A DNA stretch of 64,000 nt from Acidobacteriota bacterium (GCA_016196065.1 JACPYL010000018.1:182185-246184), one strand, 5' to 3'; positions 1 through 9,429 are shown, numbered from the stretch's first letter. Program-made: numbers and translations. The notes: generated by a model not told the origin, from the letters alone.

Positions 1-685
1 TCCCATGGCAGAAGGCCAACCAACCACCAAGGTTGCCGATGAGGATGCCGCGCACTTTCTGATCCGAATGGTGCGCAAGTATCCACACGAAGTCACCATC
101 TATGAGGGCGGCCCTATGACGAACCTGGCGCTCGCGACTTCCCTTGATCCGCAGTTCCCCGAGTTAGCGCAGGAACTCGTCTTCATGGGGGGCAGCCTTG
201 CGCCGGTGAGCGACAGTCCCGAATTCGACAACACTCCGCGTCACGAATTCAATTTCTGGTTTGATCCGGAAGCAGCGCAGATCGTATTGCGCGCCCCCTG
301 GAAAAAGATCGTCTGCACACCGACTGATGTTTCCGTAAAGACGCATCTCACATCGGCGCTTGTGAAACAGATCGAGGCGAGCGGCACTCCCCTGGCGAAG
401 TACTTGTCGCGCTTTGCAATGTACAACCCCGGCGCCGACATTATGTGGGACGAACTTGCGGCAGCCGCGTGGATCGATCCGACGATCATCACGAAGAAAG
501 AAACTCGCTTCATGGGCGTCGATCTGGACCACGGGCCCGGATACGGAAATACGCTGACGTGGAGCGACAAAGTCAAACCGGCAATGACCGTGCAGCCAGT
601 GGAGATTCAGGTGGATCTGGACACGGAGAAATTTTACAAAATTTTTGTCAGCCTGATGAGCGCACCCACTCCCAACGCACACTGA
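1..685 (+). CDS. nucleoside hydrolase-like protein (IUNH fold), 5'-truncated by window edge
   Basis: The frame is open to base 1. It aligns colinearly (roughly two thirds identical by eye) with the C-terminal two thirds of the 4602-5690 paralogue. Shared motifs are DEDAAHFLIRMV.KYPH, GGPMTNLALA, HEFNFWFDPEAA and MWDELAAAAWIDP. Confidence 0.85.
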   Translation, partial: PMAEGQPTTKVADEDAAHFLIRMVRKYPHEVTIYEGGPMTNLALATSLDPQFPELAQELVFMGGSLAPVSDSPEFDNTPRHEFNFWFDPEAAQIVLRAPWKKIVCTPTDVSVKTHLTSALVKQIEASGTPLAKYLSRFAMYNPGADIMWDELAAAAWIDPTIITKKETRFMGVDLDHGPGYGNTLTWSDKVKPAMTVQPVEIQVDLDTEKFYKIFVSLMSAPTPNAH

Positions 686-689
686 CGGT

Positions 690-1883
690 TTACGGCTTGT
701 CGGGATGAGCCGCGGGCTGTGGGTCGCGCAGCGCAACTACAAATTGCGGGATTGCCAACCGCTCGCGTTCGGCCTCGGCAGCGGCCATCTTGGACGACAG
801 TTCGTACAACTTCAATTCCTGTTGAGCTTTCCCTTTCTCTCCCGCGCGCCGGTACGCTTGCGCCAATCGATAGTGCGGTTCCTCCATCTGTGGATTCACC
901 TCCGCCGCCCGCTGGAACGCGGCAATCGCCTTGGACGAATCTCCCGCATCTGCGTAGATGATTCCCCGCAACAAATACGCAGGCCCCAGCTTTGGGTCGA
1001 GATGCACAGCGGCGTCCAGGAGGGACGCTACGTGAGTCTTGACTGCTGCATCTGCTGTGCCTTGAGCAGGCTTCCAGAGAGCGGCAGCATAGTAATAGTT
1101 CGCAAGCGCATTCTGCGGGTAGAGGCGGACAAATCGGGCCAGACGGTCGATCACGGCCACGGAGGGGACCACGCCGGCATTTTGCATCTTCGCAAGAAAG
1201 AGGTAGGGCGCCTGATCCACGGGATTCGAATCCGATGCCGCACAAATGCAATCAGTAGCCTTTTCGTAAGACCCGCGCGCATACCATGCGACTCCGAGTC
1301 CAATCAGCATCCGCACTGAATTTGGGAAGAGCCGATTCCCTCTTGTGAAAACTTCGATAGCGGGGTCGTGAGCACGATGTGCCAGAAGTTCTGTTCCCCA
1401 ATCGAAGAGATACGGTTCGGTCGGGCTCAGTTCGGCGGCGCGCTGATATTCGCGGACGGCCTCCAACGGACGCTTCAGTTCTTCTTCAATACCGCCAAGT
1501 TGATGATGTAACGCGGCATTGTTCGAATCGCGCTCGATTGCCTGCCGCAGCGATTTTTCTTCCTGTGCCAGAGCGGCGGCGGAATGAACGCTCTCCGCCT
1601 GCTTGCTGAGTGAGACGGTGTCTTTGGCCAGGGACTCCTTCGTGCGCACCACCGTGTCCGAACCGTGTCCACCGAGATTGGTTGCATCCGCAACCCCGGC
1701 CACCGTGAACTGAGGTTCGTCGTAGAACTGTGGAGACGTCGAGGTGGTCTTGCTTGCCTGTGGAGGGTCTGCCGGCTTTGCCTTCGTGGGCTGACACTGG
1801 GCGTCGACCAAAACCGGTGCCAGCAGCGCCATCAGCGCCACGAAACAATGCATGAGCCGCCACTTCGAATGACTGTTGGGCAC
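690..1883 (-). CDS. exported TPR-repeat protein
   Basis: GTG start followed by a signal-like leader (MPNSHSKWRLMHCFVALMALLAPVLVDAQ). It has repeated TPR-like helices (e.g. AVREYQRAAELSP, AIAAFQRAAEVNP). Convergent with the upstream hydrolase gene. Confidence 0.75.
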   Translation of the reverse strand: MPNSHSKWRLMHCFVALMALLAPVLVDAQCQPTKAKPADPPQASKTTSTSPQFYDEPQFTVAGVADATNLGGHGSDTVVRTKESLAKDTVSLSKQAESVHSAAALAQEEKSLRQAIERDSNNAALHHQLGGIEEELKRPLEAVREYQRAAELSPTEPYLFDWGTELLAHRAHDPAIEVFTRGNRLFPNSVRMLIGLGVAWYARGSYEKATDCICAASDSNPVDQAPYLFLAKMQNAGVVPSVAVIDRLARFVRLYPQNALANYYYAAALWKPAQGTADAAVKTHVASLLDAAVHLDPKLGPAYLLRGIIYADAGDSSKAIAAFQRAAEVNPQMEEPHYRLAQAYRRAGEKGKAQQELKLYELSSKMAAAEAERERLAIPQFVVALRDPQPAAHPDKP

Positions 1884-2075
1884 GATAGGTTAGCGTATCA
1901 AAACGCAGTGAATTCTAGCCTCTCACCGGCTGCGCAGCAAATTCGCAACGAGGCCACGGTCTCCGCCAAGAATCATTTCTTTTGACTTGCGGACGCGTAT
2001 AATCCCGTGACGCCCGTGGGGGCTTCCAGTAAACAGCGCAGCCGCTCGCAAAACAACAATCAGGAGCACGTAGAA

Positions 2076-2162
2076 ATGTGTGGAATTGTTGCGCTCTTTT
2101 CGCGCCGCGATCCGATCGCGGAAGAGGTCGTGTACAGAGCGACGAGAATCAAAAATAGCTAA
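2076..2162 (+). pseudogene. 28-codon remnant resembling the N-terminus of a class-II glutamine amidotransferase (asparagine-synthase-like)
   Basis: AGGAG lies 8 nt upstream of the ATG. The translation is MCGIVALFSRRDPIAEEVVYRATRIKNS*. MCGI(V/A)G/A with Cys2 is the Ntn-amidotransferase signature. The frame stops after 28 codons and no continuation is evident in other frames. Confidence 0.3.
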
Positions 2163-2250
2163 CGATCGGACCCTGAAGTTGTTAATGAGCGCATGCGTTC
2201 TGCAAGAGGGATTTCGGTTAGCGTCATAGATTGCTCGGGAGGATTGCTCA

Positions 2251-3351
2251 ATGAGGCTGCATATCGCCGCTCTGCTCGCTGCTCTTTCCATATTCGTGCC
2301 CGGTGCGGTTGGCGCACAGCGAATTAAAGTGATCGTCGATCAGGACGCGCGTGGCCCCGCGACCACTGACATGCAGTCAATCCTGATCTTCCTTCAGTCT
2401 GACAAATTTGATGTGCTAGGCGTGACCACGGTCAGCGGCGATCAGTGGGTCAAAGAAGAGACCCGGCGCACGCTACGACTGCTCGAAGTCGCCGGCCGAA
2501 CCGATGCCCCCGTCATTGAAGGCGCGGAATTTCCGCTGCTCAACTCCAAAGAAGAAAGCGAGCGCTGGGAATCCCTGTACGGCAAGTTCCGCTACAAGGG
2601 CTGTTGGAGCGACTTCTCCAACCGGCCTGCCAGCACGCCACCCGCATTTCGCGAAGGGTATCACGAGCCGAACATCGTGCCGCCGCTGGTGGAGGGCGAA
2701 CCCAACGCCAAAGCCCTCAACGAAACTGCGGCGCATTTTATCGTTCGCATGGTCCATCAGTATCCCGGAGAAGTGGTGATATGGGCCGGCGGCCCGCTGA
2801 CCAATGTCGCGCTCGCTTTGCGACTGGATCCGGAAGTGGCAACACTCGCGAAGAGCCTGGTCCTGATGGGAAGCGGTATGTATTCGGACAACGGCGGTAT
2901 CGGAGGCGTGGATGGGCGGCGCGAATTCAACTGGTGGTTTGATCCGGAAGCAGTACGTATCGCCATGCGGGCGCCTTGGAAGAAAATTGTCATCACACCC
3001 ATCGATGTCTCGGTTAAGACAAAACTAGGCGCAGAAATCCGGTCCGCCATTGCGAAGGCCGACACTCCGGTGGCGCGCTACCTTACCGCTTACTCTGTTG
3101 ATAGTTTCATGTGGGACGAGCTTTCCGCGGCGGCGATGGTCGATCCTTCGATCATCACCGGGCAGAAGGAGCTTTACGTCGATATCGACATCGACCACGG
3201 TCCCAGTTACGGACAAACGCTATTTTGGAGTCCGGGCACAGTGCTTCCTCCCTATGAGAGGCTGGCCACCGTGCAGTTCGATGTCGACACTACGAAGTTG
3301 TACGATCTGTACATTAAATTGATGACGCAGCCGCCACGATCCGTAAAATAG
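2251..3351 (+). CDS. exported nucleoside hydrolase-like protein, non-canonical motif class (DQD..GP..TD)
   Basis: GGGAGG SD and a Sec-type leader (MRLHIAALLAALSIFVPGAVGAQ). The N-terminal motif is VIVDQDARGPATTD. Other IUNH motifs are REFNWWFDPEAV and MWDELSAAAMVDP. Confidence 0.85.
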   Translation: MRLHIAALLAALSIFVPGAVGAQRIKVIVDQDARGPATTDMQSILIFLQSDKFDVLGVTTVSGDQWVKEETRRTLRLLEVAGRTDAPVIEGAEFPLLNSKEESERWESLYGKFRYKGCWSDFSNRPASTPPAFREGYHEPNIVPPLVEGEPNAKALNETAAHFIVRMVHQYPGEVVIWAGGPLTNVALALRLDPEVATLAKSLVLMGSGMYSDNGGIGGVDGRREFNWWFDPEAVRIAMRAPWKKIVITPIDVSVKTKLGAEIRSAIAKADTPVARYLTAYSVDSFMWDELSAAAMVDPSIITGQKELYVDIDIDHGPSYGQTLFWSPGTVLPPYERLATVQFDVDTTKLYDLYIKLMTQPPRSVK

Positions 3352-3390
3352 CGGCTGGAATTCTCGGGGCAGTTTCAGATAAGGAGCAAC

Positions 3391-4554
3391 ATGGGCGAAC
3401 AACGATGGTCCGGAATGACACGACGGAGATTTGTAACCTCGTCCGCAGCAGTTTTGGCGGCCAGTGGATTCGCCGGTGAACTCAATGCCTTCGGGCAGTC
3501 GACCGCAAGTCGCGGCCCTTTCCGCGTCATTATCGACACCGACCCCGGCGTGGACGACGCGCTCGCCCTGTTGCTGGCCATGCGCTCGCCTGAACTGAAG
3601 ATTGAAGCGATCACTCCGGTGGCAGGCAATGTGCCCCTTGAATTGACGCTGCCCAACGCCCTGCGCCTGGTGGAAATCGCAGGTCGTACGGATATCCCCG
3701 TCGCAGCCGGTGCCCGAATGCCGCTCGTCCGCCGCCTGGTAACCGCGACGTATGCGCATGGCGAAAATGGACTTGGCGGCGCGGTATTTCCCGATCCGAC
3801 GATCAAGCCGGTCGCGGAGCCTGCTGCCGAGTATATTCGCCACATCGTCCGCAAGTATCCGCACGAGGTAACGCTAATCACGCTTGGCCCGCTAACGAAC
3901 ATCGCCACGGCGTTGAACAGCGACAACGAGCTTGCAGGCATGGTTCGCGGTCTCACCATGATGGGCGGTTCGCTATCGGGAGGCAACATCACTCCCGCAG
4001 CGGAGTTCAATATTTACGTAGACCCGGAAGCGGCGCGCATTGTTTTTCAGTCGGGGATTCCGATCACCATGGTCGGCCTCGACGTAACCCGTAAGACGTC
4101 CCTGACGGAGGACCACGTCCGCGTATTGGAAGCTGCACAGAATCCAGTCAGCCAGGCGGCTGGCAAGATCGGCCGCAATGCGATCAATCACAATCGCGAG
4201 CGAGGATTCCTGGTCGGACCCAACATGCATGACTCACTCGCCGTCGCTGCATTCCTCGATCCGACCATTCTGAAGTGGCAGGAATACTATGTCGATGTCG
4301 AGACGACGGGTGAGATGACTTCTGGCGAAACGCTCGGCTATAGTCCCGTTGCAGGCGATTTGAAGCGTAAGCCAGGGACGGAGAAGGACGTGCAAGCTAG
4401 CATGACGATTCGGGGCTCAGCGCCGACTCTTGCCAGCACGAAAACGTCGCCGGTGGTGCGAGACAAGTACGTGCCGAACACCAACGTGGGTGTCGACGTA
4501 GACTCAGCACGATTCTTCGATCTATTAATTGGACGGCTGGCAGGGAAAGCGTAG
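3391..4554 (+). CDS. Tat-exported inosine/uridine-preferring-type nucleoside hydrolase (canonical motif)
   Basis: AAGGAG SD and a twin-arginine leader (MTRRRFVTSSAAVLAASGFAG). It carries the canonical IIDTDPGVDDALAL motif, plus AEFNIYVDPEAA and MHDSLAVAAFLDP. Confidence 0.9.
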   Translation: MGEQRWSGMTRRRFVTSSAAVLAASGFAGELNAFGQSTASRGPFRVIIDTDPGVDDALALLLAMRSPELKIEAITPVAGNVPLELTLPNALRLVEIAGRTDIPVAAGARMPLVRRLVTATYAHGENGLGGAVFPDPTIKPVAEPAAEYIRHIVRKYPHEVTLITLGPLTNIATALNSDNELAGMVRGLTMMGGSLSGGNITPAAEFNIYVDPEAARIVFQSGIPITMVGLDVTRKTSLTEDHVRVLEAAQNPVSQAAGKIGRNAINHNRERGFLVGPNMHDSLAVAAFLDPTILKWQEYYVDVETTGEMTSGETLGYSPVAGDLKRKPGTEKDVQASMTIRGSAPTLASTKTSPVVRDKYVPNTNVGVDVDSARFFDLLIGRLAGKA

Positions 4555-4601
4555 TCCATGTATACGGACGTTAGCGTTTCTGGAAGTTCGATACTCTCGA
4601 G

Positions 4602-5690
4602 GTGAATATGCGATTGGGCCGAATCCGGGTGCTCCTACTTACTGCGTTGCTGACCTCCTGTTTTCTGTCATGGGGACAGGGCAAGCGCAAGATCATCATT
4701 GACCAAGACGCCGCTGGACCAGCCGGCACCGACCTGCAGTCAATTCTCTTGTTGATTCAATCCCCGCAGACTGAAGTGTTGGGCGTGACGGTCGTTACGG
4801 GCGATGGCTGGCTGAAGTCCGAGGTCGCGCACACGTTGCGCCTGCTCGAACTCATCGATCGTACCGATATTCCGGTCGTGCCCGGAGCCGAGTATCCTCT
4901 GGTTCGAACAAAAGCCGATACGGAACTGTGGGAAAAGCGCTATGGCTCCGTCGAGTGGCTGGGCGCATGGACGCCAAGGTTCTACCACCCGCCGGACCAA
5001 CTTGGAGAGATGCCGGAAGGCAAGCCTACCACCAAGCCGTCCGACGAAGATGCCGCGCACTTCCTGATTCGAATGGTGCACAAGTATCCCCACCAGGTGT
5101 CGATCTATGCGGGCGGCCCGATGACGAATCTCGCTCTCGCAATTTCGATTGACCCCGATTTTGCCGGGCTAGCGAAAGAGTTGTTCTTCATGGGTGCAAG
5201 TTTCAATCCGCAAACCGCCGACCCCGAGTTCATCAATAATCCGCGTCACGAATTCAATATCTGGTTCGATCCTGAAGCAGCCCACATCGTTCTGCGTGCG
5301 CCATGGAAGAAGATCATTTGCACGCCGGTGGACATTTCCGTTAAGACGCGCATGACGCAAGCGATGATTGACCGCATCAAGGCCGGTAACTCACCTGCTG
5401 CCCACTACGTCGGCACCTATGCACGCCTGTTTGGAGAATACAACTACTTATGGGATGAGCTTTCAGCGGCGGCGTGGCTAGATCCCAGCCTGATTACGAA
5501 ATCAGAAACCCGCTTCATGGATGTGGACCTAAGTCGCGGCGCGGGTTACGGAAACATGCTGACATGGAGTAAAGAGGCGAAACCCAATCTTGACGTGCAG
5601 CCGGTGGAGATACAGGTGGATCTCGATACCGAAAAGTTCTACACCATGTTTGTGGACATGCTGAAAGCACCGACTCCGCCCAAGAACTAG
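4602..5690 (+). CDS. exported nucleoside hydrolase-like protein, non-canonical motif class
   Basis: GTG start at 4602 (alternative ATG at 4608). The leader is RIRVLLLTALLTSCFLSWGQG. Motifs are IIIDQDAAGPAGTD, HEFNIWFDPEAA and LWDELSAAAWLDP. Confidence 0.85.
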   Translation: MNMRLGRIRVLLLTALLTSCFLSWGQGKRKIIIDQDAAGPAGTDLQSILLLIQSPQTEVLGVTVVTGDGWLKSEVAHTLRLLELIDRTDIPVVPGAEYPLVRTKADTELWEKRYGSVEWLGAWTPRFYHPPDQLGEMPEGKPTTKPSDEDAAHFLIRMVHKYPHQVSIYAGGPMTNLALAISIDPDFAGLAKELFFMGASFNPQTADPEFINNPRHEFNIWFDPEAAHIVLRAPWKKIICTPVDISVKTRMTQAMIDRIKAGNSPAAHYVGTYARLFGEYNYLWDELSAAAWLDPSLITKSETRFMDVDLSRGAGYGNMLTWSKEAKPNLDVQPVEIQVDLDTEKFYTMFVDMLKAPTPPKN

Positions 5691-5717
5691 CGCAGCGTGG
5701 CGCTCGGGCAGAGAACC

Positions 5718-7004
5718 TTAGTGGCCTGGAACTGCGCTCTTGGCCAGCCGTTCGGCTTCACGCTGCTCTGCCGAAGCAAGCGCCGCACGGCCCGTTTGTG
5801 AGTAGACGGCCGCCATCCCGATATGCGGCTCGGGCTCCTGAGGCCTCATTTTCGATGCTTCCTGGAAATAGCGTAATGAATCGGGGTACTGCCCAATCTC
5901 TCCGGCCTTGTACCCCAGTTTAAGGATGGAGAGGAAGAGCAGATCCGAAGTCTCTTGATCCTCTGGATTCAAATCGTGAGCGTGGCGCAGCGTCTGATAG
6001 GCAGGTAAGTCGTCCCCGAGTTTGGCCAGAATCTTCCCGTCTAAAGACACGAGTTGAGACAGATCTGGCCAGCGTGCAACCGCTGGGGCGATCGCGCTCT
6101 TCGCTTCCTCGAAACGCTGCAACTGGTAATATGCCAGCGCGACGTTGAACTGCATCTGCGGCGATTGCGGAGACAGTTCGGCGGCACGCTGAAGCGGCTT
6201 AAGTGCAGCTTCTGGATCTCCATGCTGCCCATAGATCGTACCTAGCGCAGTGAGCTTGTCGGCATTTTCTGGATCGTAGAGTTGCTCGCAGACCGCATGT
6301 GCTTCCTCGCGAGGCCCGTGATCCAGTTTGAGTGCGCAGTCTAATCTCAGTTGACTCTCCGTCGTATCCCGCTGTCGCTGCTCGTTCGACTGCGTCATCA
6401 CTCGCTGCGCTTCGTCTTCTCGTCCTTGTTTGCGATACACCATGCCCAGCTGGTAAGAGACACGAGCATCATGAGGATTAGTGCGGACCGCTTCCGTCAG
6501 CCACTTCTCTGCACCGGCAAGGTCGCCCTGCTTGAAGCAGGCAAAGCCGAGATAGTAAGTCGTATCAGGGAAGGGTGGATCGGCTGCGGCTTTTGTCAGA
6601 TTGTCAATCGCTCCGGTGAAGTTGCGCCCGTCGAGGTCGAGCCGGCCCAGGTAATACAGGACGTTAGGATGATCGCCCGCTTCACGGCGAACGATTTCAA
6701 ACTCTCTGCGAGCCTCCGCCGGTTTATGCAATTCAAACAGGGCCACACCCAGTGGAAAGCGCGCCCGCAAGACCAACTTGGGATCCAGCTTCAAGGCAGC
6801 TTGAAACTCAGCGGCGGCCACGTCGTATCGATCATTCTTGAGCGCGTTGTAGCCCTTGCCAATGTGCGCTTCGGGCGTTTCCTTGGACCTTGGCGAAGCA
6901 GTATGAGAAGCCTGTCCGGTGAGAACAACGGACGAAGCCACGATGGTCAGCAGCAATATACCGCGCAGAATGGGCCTGTTAACGATGTGAAAGCCGGCAA
7001 TCAT
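5718..7004 (-). CDS. TPR-repeat protein with N-terminal membrane anchor/leader
   Basis: The track ORF runs to 7049. I prefer the ATG at 7004 (MIAGFHIVNRPILRGILLLTIVASSVVLTGQ), which lies 4 nt after the upstream stop at 7009-7011. Multiple TPR units are present (AAAEFQAALKLDP, ALKPLQRAAELSP). Confidence 0.75.
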   Translation of the reverse strand: MIAGFHIVNRPILRGILLLTIVASSVVLTGQASHTASPRSKETPEAHIGKGYNALKNDRYDVAAAEFQAALKLDPKLVLRARFPLGVALFELHKPAEARREFEIVRREAGDHPNVLYYLGRLDLDGRNFTGAIDNLTKAAADPPFPDTTYYLGFACFKQGDLAGAEKWLTEAVRTNPHDARVSYQLGMVYRKQGREDEAQRVMTQSNEQRQRDTTESQLRLDCALKLDHGPREEAHAVCEQLYDPENADKLTALGTIYGQHGDPEAALKPLQRAAELSPQSPQMQFNVALAYYQLQRFEEAKSAIAPAVARWPDLSQLVSLDGKILAKLGDDLPAYQTLRHAHDLNPEDQETSDLLFLSILKLGYKAGEIGQYPDSLRYFQEASKMRPQEPEPHIGMAAVYSQTGRAALASAEQREAERLAKSAVPGH

Positions 7005-7008
7005 CGCA

Positions 7009-8322
7009 TCATCTCCGGCCAGCCTTCGCCAAGAGAGCGCTAGCTGCATCCTTACTGGCAGCGACTTCGCCTGCGGTCGCGGTCGTCACGAAATCGGAGA
7101 CTAACTTCTCGCACTGCTCCCTGACCTGGTCATAAGCAGTTGGATCTTGCCCGCGGACGGCGAGCAACTCCTTGAGCCAATGTTTGCCGAAACCGGCGTG
7201 CATGGTTTCGTCAGCCCAGTCGAAATCCATGTCATGCTCGCTGACGGCATCACCATAAGCGTGGAACAGTTGTGCCCGAGCGGGTTTATGGCGGATATTC
7301 TTGGTCTCAAAAAAGTAGAGCATGCCCAAGAAATAGATCGGATCTTCGCCAGAAGCACTTTCGTAGATATAGGTGCCAAGGGGGATCTCGGCGGGATCCA
7401 GGCGCCAGGCCATCAAACGCTCGTAGCCCATGCGGCAATGGCGAGACTCGTCATAGGTCCAACGCGCAGCGTTATGAATCCATTCCCATGGCAGCACGTC
7501 GGCAAACGCGTTCAGCATTGCGCCGCCAGCCTCGATCGCCCAGACTTCATTCAAGTGGCTGATCGCGGATCGCATTTGTAGTCGCATTCCTTCTCCGTAG
7601 GGATAGTTGGAATCGACAATGTCGGGCCAATAAAAGCGGCAGGACAGAAAGCGTGGATCGCGACCGGGCCGGCGAGGCGTAGCGTAAGCCTTCGAGTGCG
7701 ACAGAGGCCCCATCAACGCCGTAGACGCCGACGGCTCAACGCCCACGCCACCGACGGCCGCGAGTCGACTTGCTACTGCATCAGTCCAAACCATGGCGTC
7801 TGCGCGAAGTTCAGGGTTAAGTGAAAGCGCGGATTCCAACCACTCCTCGTATGCCCTGATCTGTTCTGCCTTCTCGGAAAGTGCTAGAGACAAGAAACGG
7901 TGAGTGGGACCATCCGCGATGGAGTCTGACGCCTGAAGATAGCCCTGGTACGCGTTGCGCAACGCGGGCAGCAGTACGTTGCCAATGCTCATCAGAAAGG
8001 CCGGGACAGACGGCGAATCCTTGACCGCGCTGAATAGTTCGATCAACGCATGGTCTGCGCCTTCTTCTTCGAGCAAGCGGCTCGGGAAGCGTAATTCGAA
8101 GACGCGCTCCCGCAGAGCATGTGCAGTCTCGGAGTTTTGCCACACGAAGCGAGCCAAGCCAGTCTTGATTCCGAGCGGGGCCACAACCGGGATCCACGCC
8201 GCCTCGGTGGTCAGCAATGAACGCTCACAGAAGAAGAATCTCTTCAGCAGCTGAGCGGTATCGAACCGCATCCATCGAGCGCGGGGCTGCTCACTGACTA
8301 AGTACTCGGAAGGTTGTGGCAT
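7009..8322 (-). CDS. ferritin-like (di-iron carboxylate type) protein of unknown function
   Basis: 437-aa ORF with three E-x-x-H motifs: NSETAHALRER, DESRHCRMGYE and ADETMHAGFG. It also has isolated conserved-looking Glu residues (FCERSL, NEVWAIEAGG), as expected in a four-helix-bundle di-iron site. No leader. Tightly linked to ribokinase upstream and the TPR gene downstream. Confidence 0.55.
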   Translation of the reverse strand: MPQPSEYLVSEQPRARWMRFDTAQLLKRFFFCERSLLTTEAAWIPVVAPLGIKTGLARFVWQNSETAHALRERVFELRFPSRLLEEEGADHALIELFSAVKDSPSVPAFLMSIGNVLLPALRNAYQGYLQASDSIADGPTHRFLSLALSEKAEQIRAYEEWLESALSLNPELRADAMVWTDAVASRLAAVGGVGVEPSASTALMGPLSHSKAYATPRRPGRDPRFLSCRFYWPDIVDSNYPYGEGMRLQMRSAISHLNEVWAIEAGGAMLNAFADVLPWEWIHNAARWTYDESRHCRMGYERLMAWRLDPAEIPLGTYIYESASGEDPIYFLGMLYFFETKNIRHKPARAQLFHAYGDAVSEHDMDFDWADETMHAGFGKHWLKELLAVRGQDPTAYDQVREQCEKLVSDFVTTATAGEVAASKDAASALLAKAGRR

Positions 8323-8386
8323 AGGTCGTGTGCCGGGTTCAGCTCAAAGCGCCGAGTGCATCCCCTCGGCATTCTTATTCTAAAGC

Positions 8387-9361
8387 TCAAGGTGGATCGA
8401 TCGCACCCGCAGGAAACCAAGCGGGCTGCGAAGCCTCGGCTCGCCGATAGTATGCCCGAACCTCATCGCGAGTCGGCAATGCAGGGATCACACCCTCTCT
8501 TGTAACCGCCAAGCCGCCGGTAACGACGGCAAACCGAACCGCGTCTTCAAGACCAGCTCCACAGGCGAGTGCCATGGCTAGTCCGGCATTGAAGGAGTCT
8601 CCAGCGCCGGTCGTGTCCGTTGCGGTCACGTGAATCGCGGGAATGTGCGTTGCCGACGACTCGGTCACGATCAGCGCGCCCTTCTCGCCCAATGTCATCA
8701 CGACCTGCCTGACTCCAATGTCGATCAACTTTTTCGCGATTACTTCAGGGGGGACATCGGCTCCTGAAGCCAACCCGGCAATCACTTTCGCTTCGGTCGC
8801 GTTTGGCGTCAGGATGTCGACGGCCTGCAAGATCGAAGGCGGAAGCGGCCTGACCGGGGCCGGATTCAGAATTGTGATTGCTCCATGCGCGCGCCCACGC
8901 ACCATTGCCGCCTCCGCTGCTGCCACCGATATCTCGAGTTGAGTCAGGACGACCCTTGACGATTCGAATGCGCCTGCAGCCTGCGTCACATCGGCGGCCG
9001 TCAACAGATTGTTCGCGCCAGGATCGATCACGATGCAATTGTTGCCACTGGCAGCCTCTACGACAATAAATCCAACTCCGGTAGGCGCATCACCGGTTTG
9101 TTTTACATGAGCAACGTCCACACCTTCGTTACGATAGAGCCCCAGAGCCGACTCGCCAAAACTGTCGTTGCCAATTCTTGCCACAAAGCTGACTCTGGCC
9201 CCCAAACGAGCACAGGCCACTGCCTGGTTGGAACCCTTACCGCCGAAATCCACTCGATAGCCGGTTCCCAGCAGAGTCTCGCCACGGCTGGGCAGACGGT
9301 CCACCTTCATGGTGAGTCCCGTCGCGTAGCTACCGACAACCGTGATTTTAGGCACGCTCAC
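8387..9361 (-). CDS. rbsK: PfkB-family ribokinase
   Basis: Motifs are GGKGSNQAVACARLGA (ribokinase signature 1) and the C-terminal DTTGAGDSFNAGLA (anion hole / catalytic Asp). Length is 324 aa. Confidence 0.85.
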   Translation of the reverse strand: MSVPKITVVGSYATGLTMKVDRLPSRGETLLGTGYRVDFGGKGSNQAVACARLGARVSFVARIGNDSFGESALGLYRNEGVDVAHVKQTGDAPTGVGFIVVEAASGNNCIVIDPGANNLLTAADVTQAAGAFESSRVVLTQLEISVAAAEAAMVRGRAHGAITILNPAPVRPLPPSILQAVDILTPNATEAKVIAGLASGADVPPEVIAKKLIDIGVRQVVMTLGEKGALIVTESSATHIPAIHVTATDTTGAGDSFNAGLAMALACGAGLEDAVRFAVVTGGLAVTREGVIPALPTRDEVRAYYRRAEASQPAWFPAGAIDPP

Positions 9362-9429
9362 GCATCATTCTCCGGGTCGAGCGGTAAGCCTACCACAGCA
9401 TTCCTGGCCTTCCAGATTTCGCGCCAACG

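Noticed and set aside
1923-2291. 122-aa minus-strand ORF in the divergent intergenic region
   Set aside because: It runs across the promoter region and into the start of the 2251 hydrolase gene. It has no motif and no SD. The only interesting coding signal here is the short plus-strand MCGIVA remnant.
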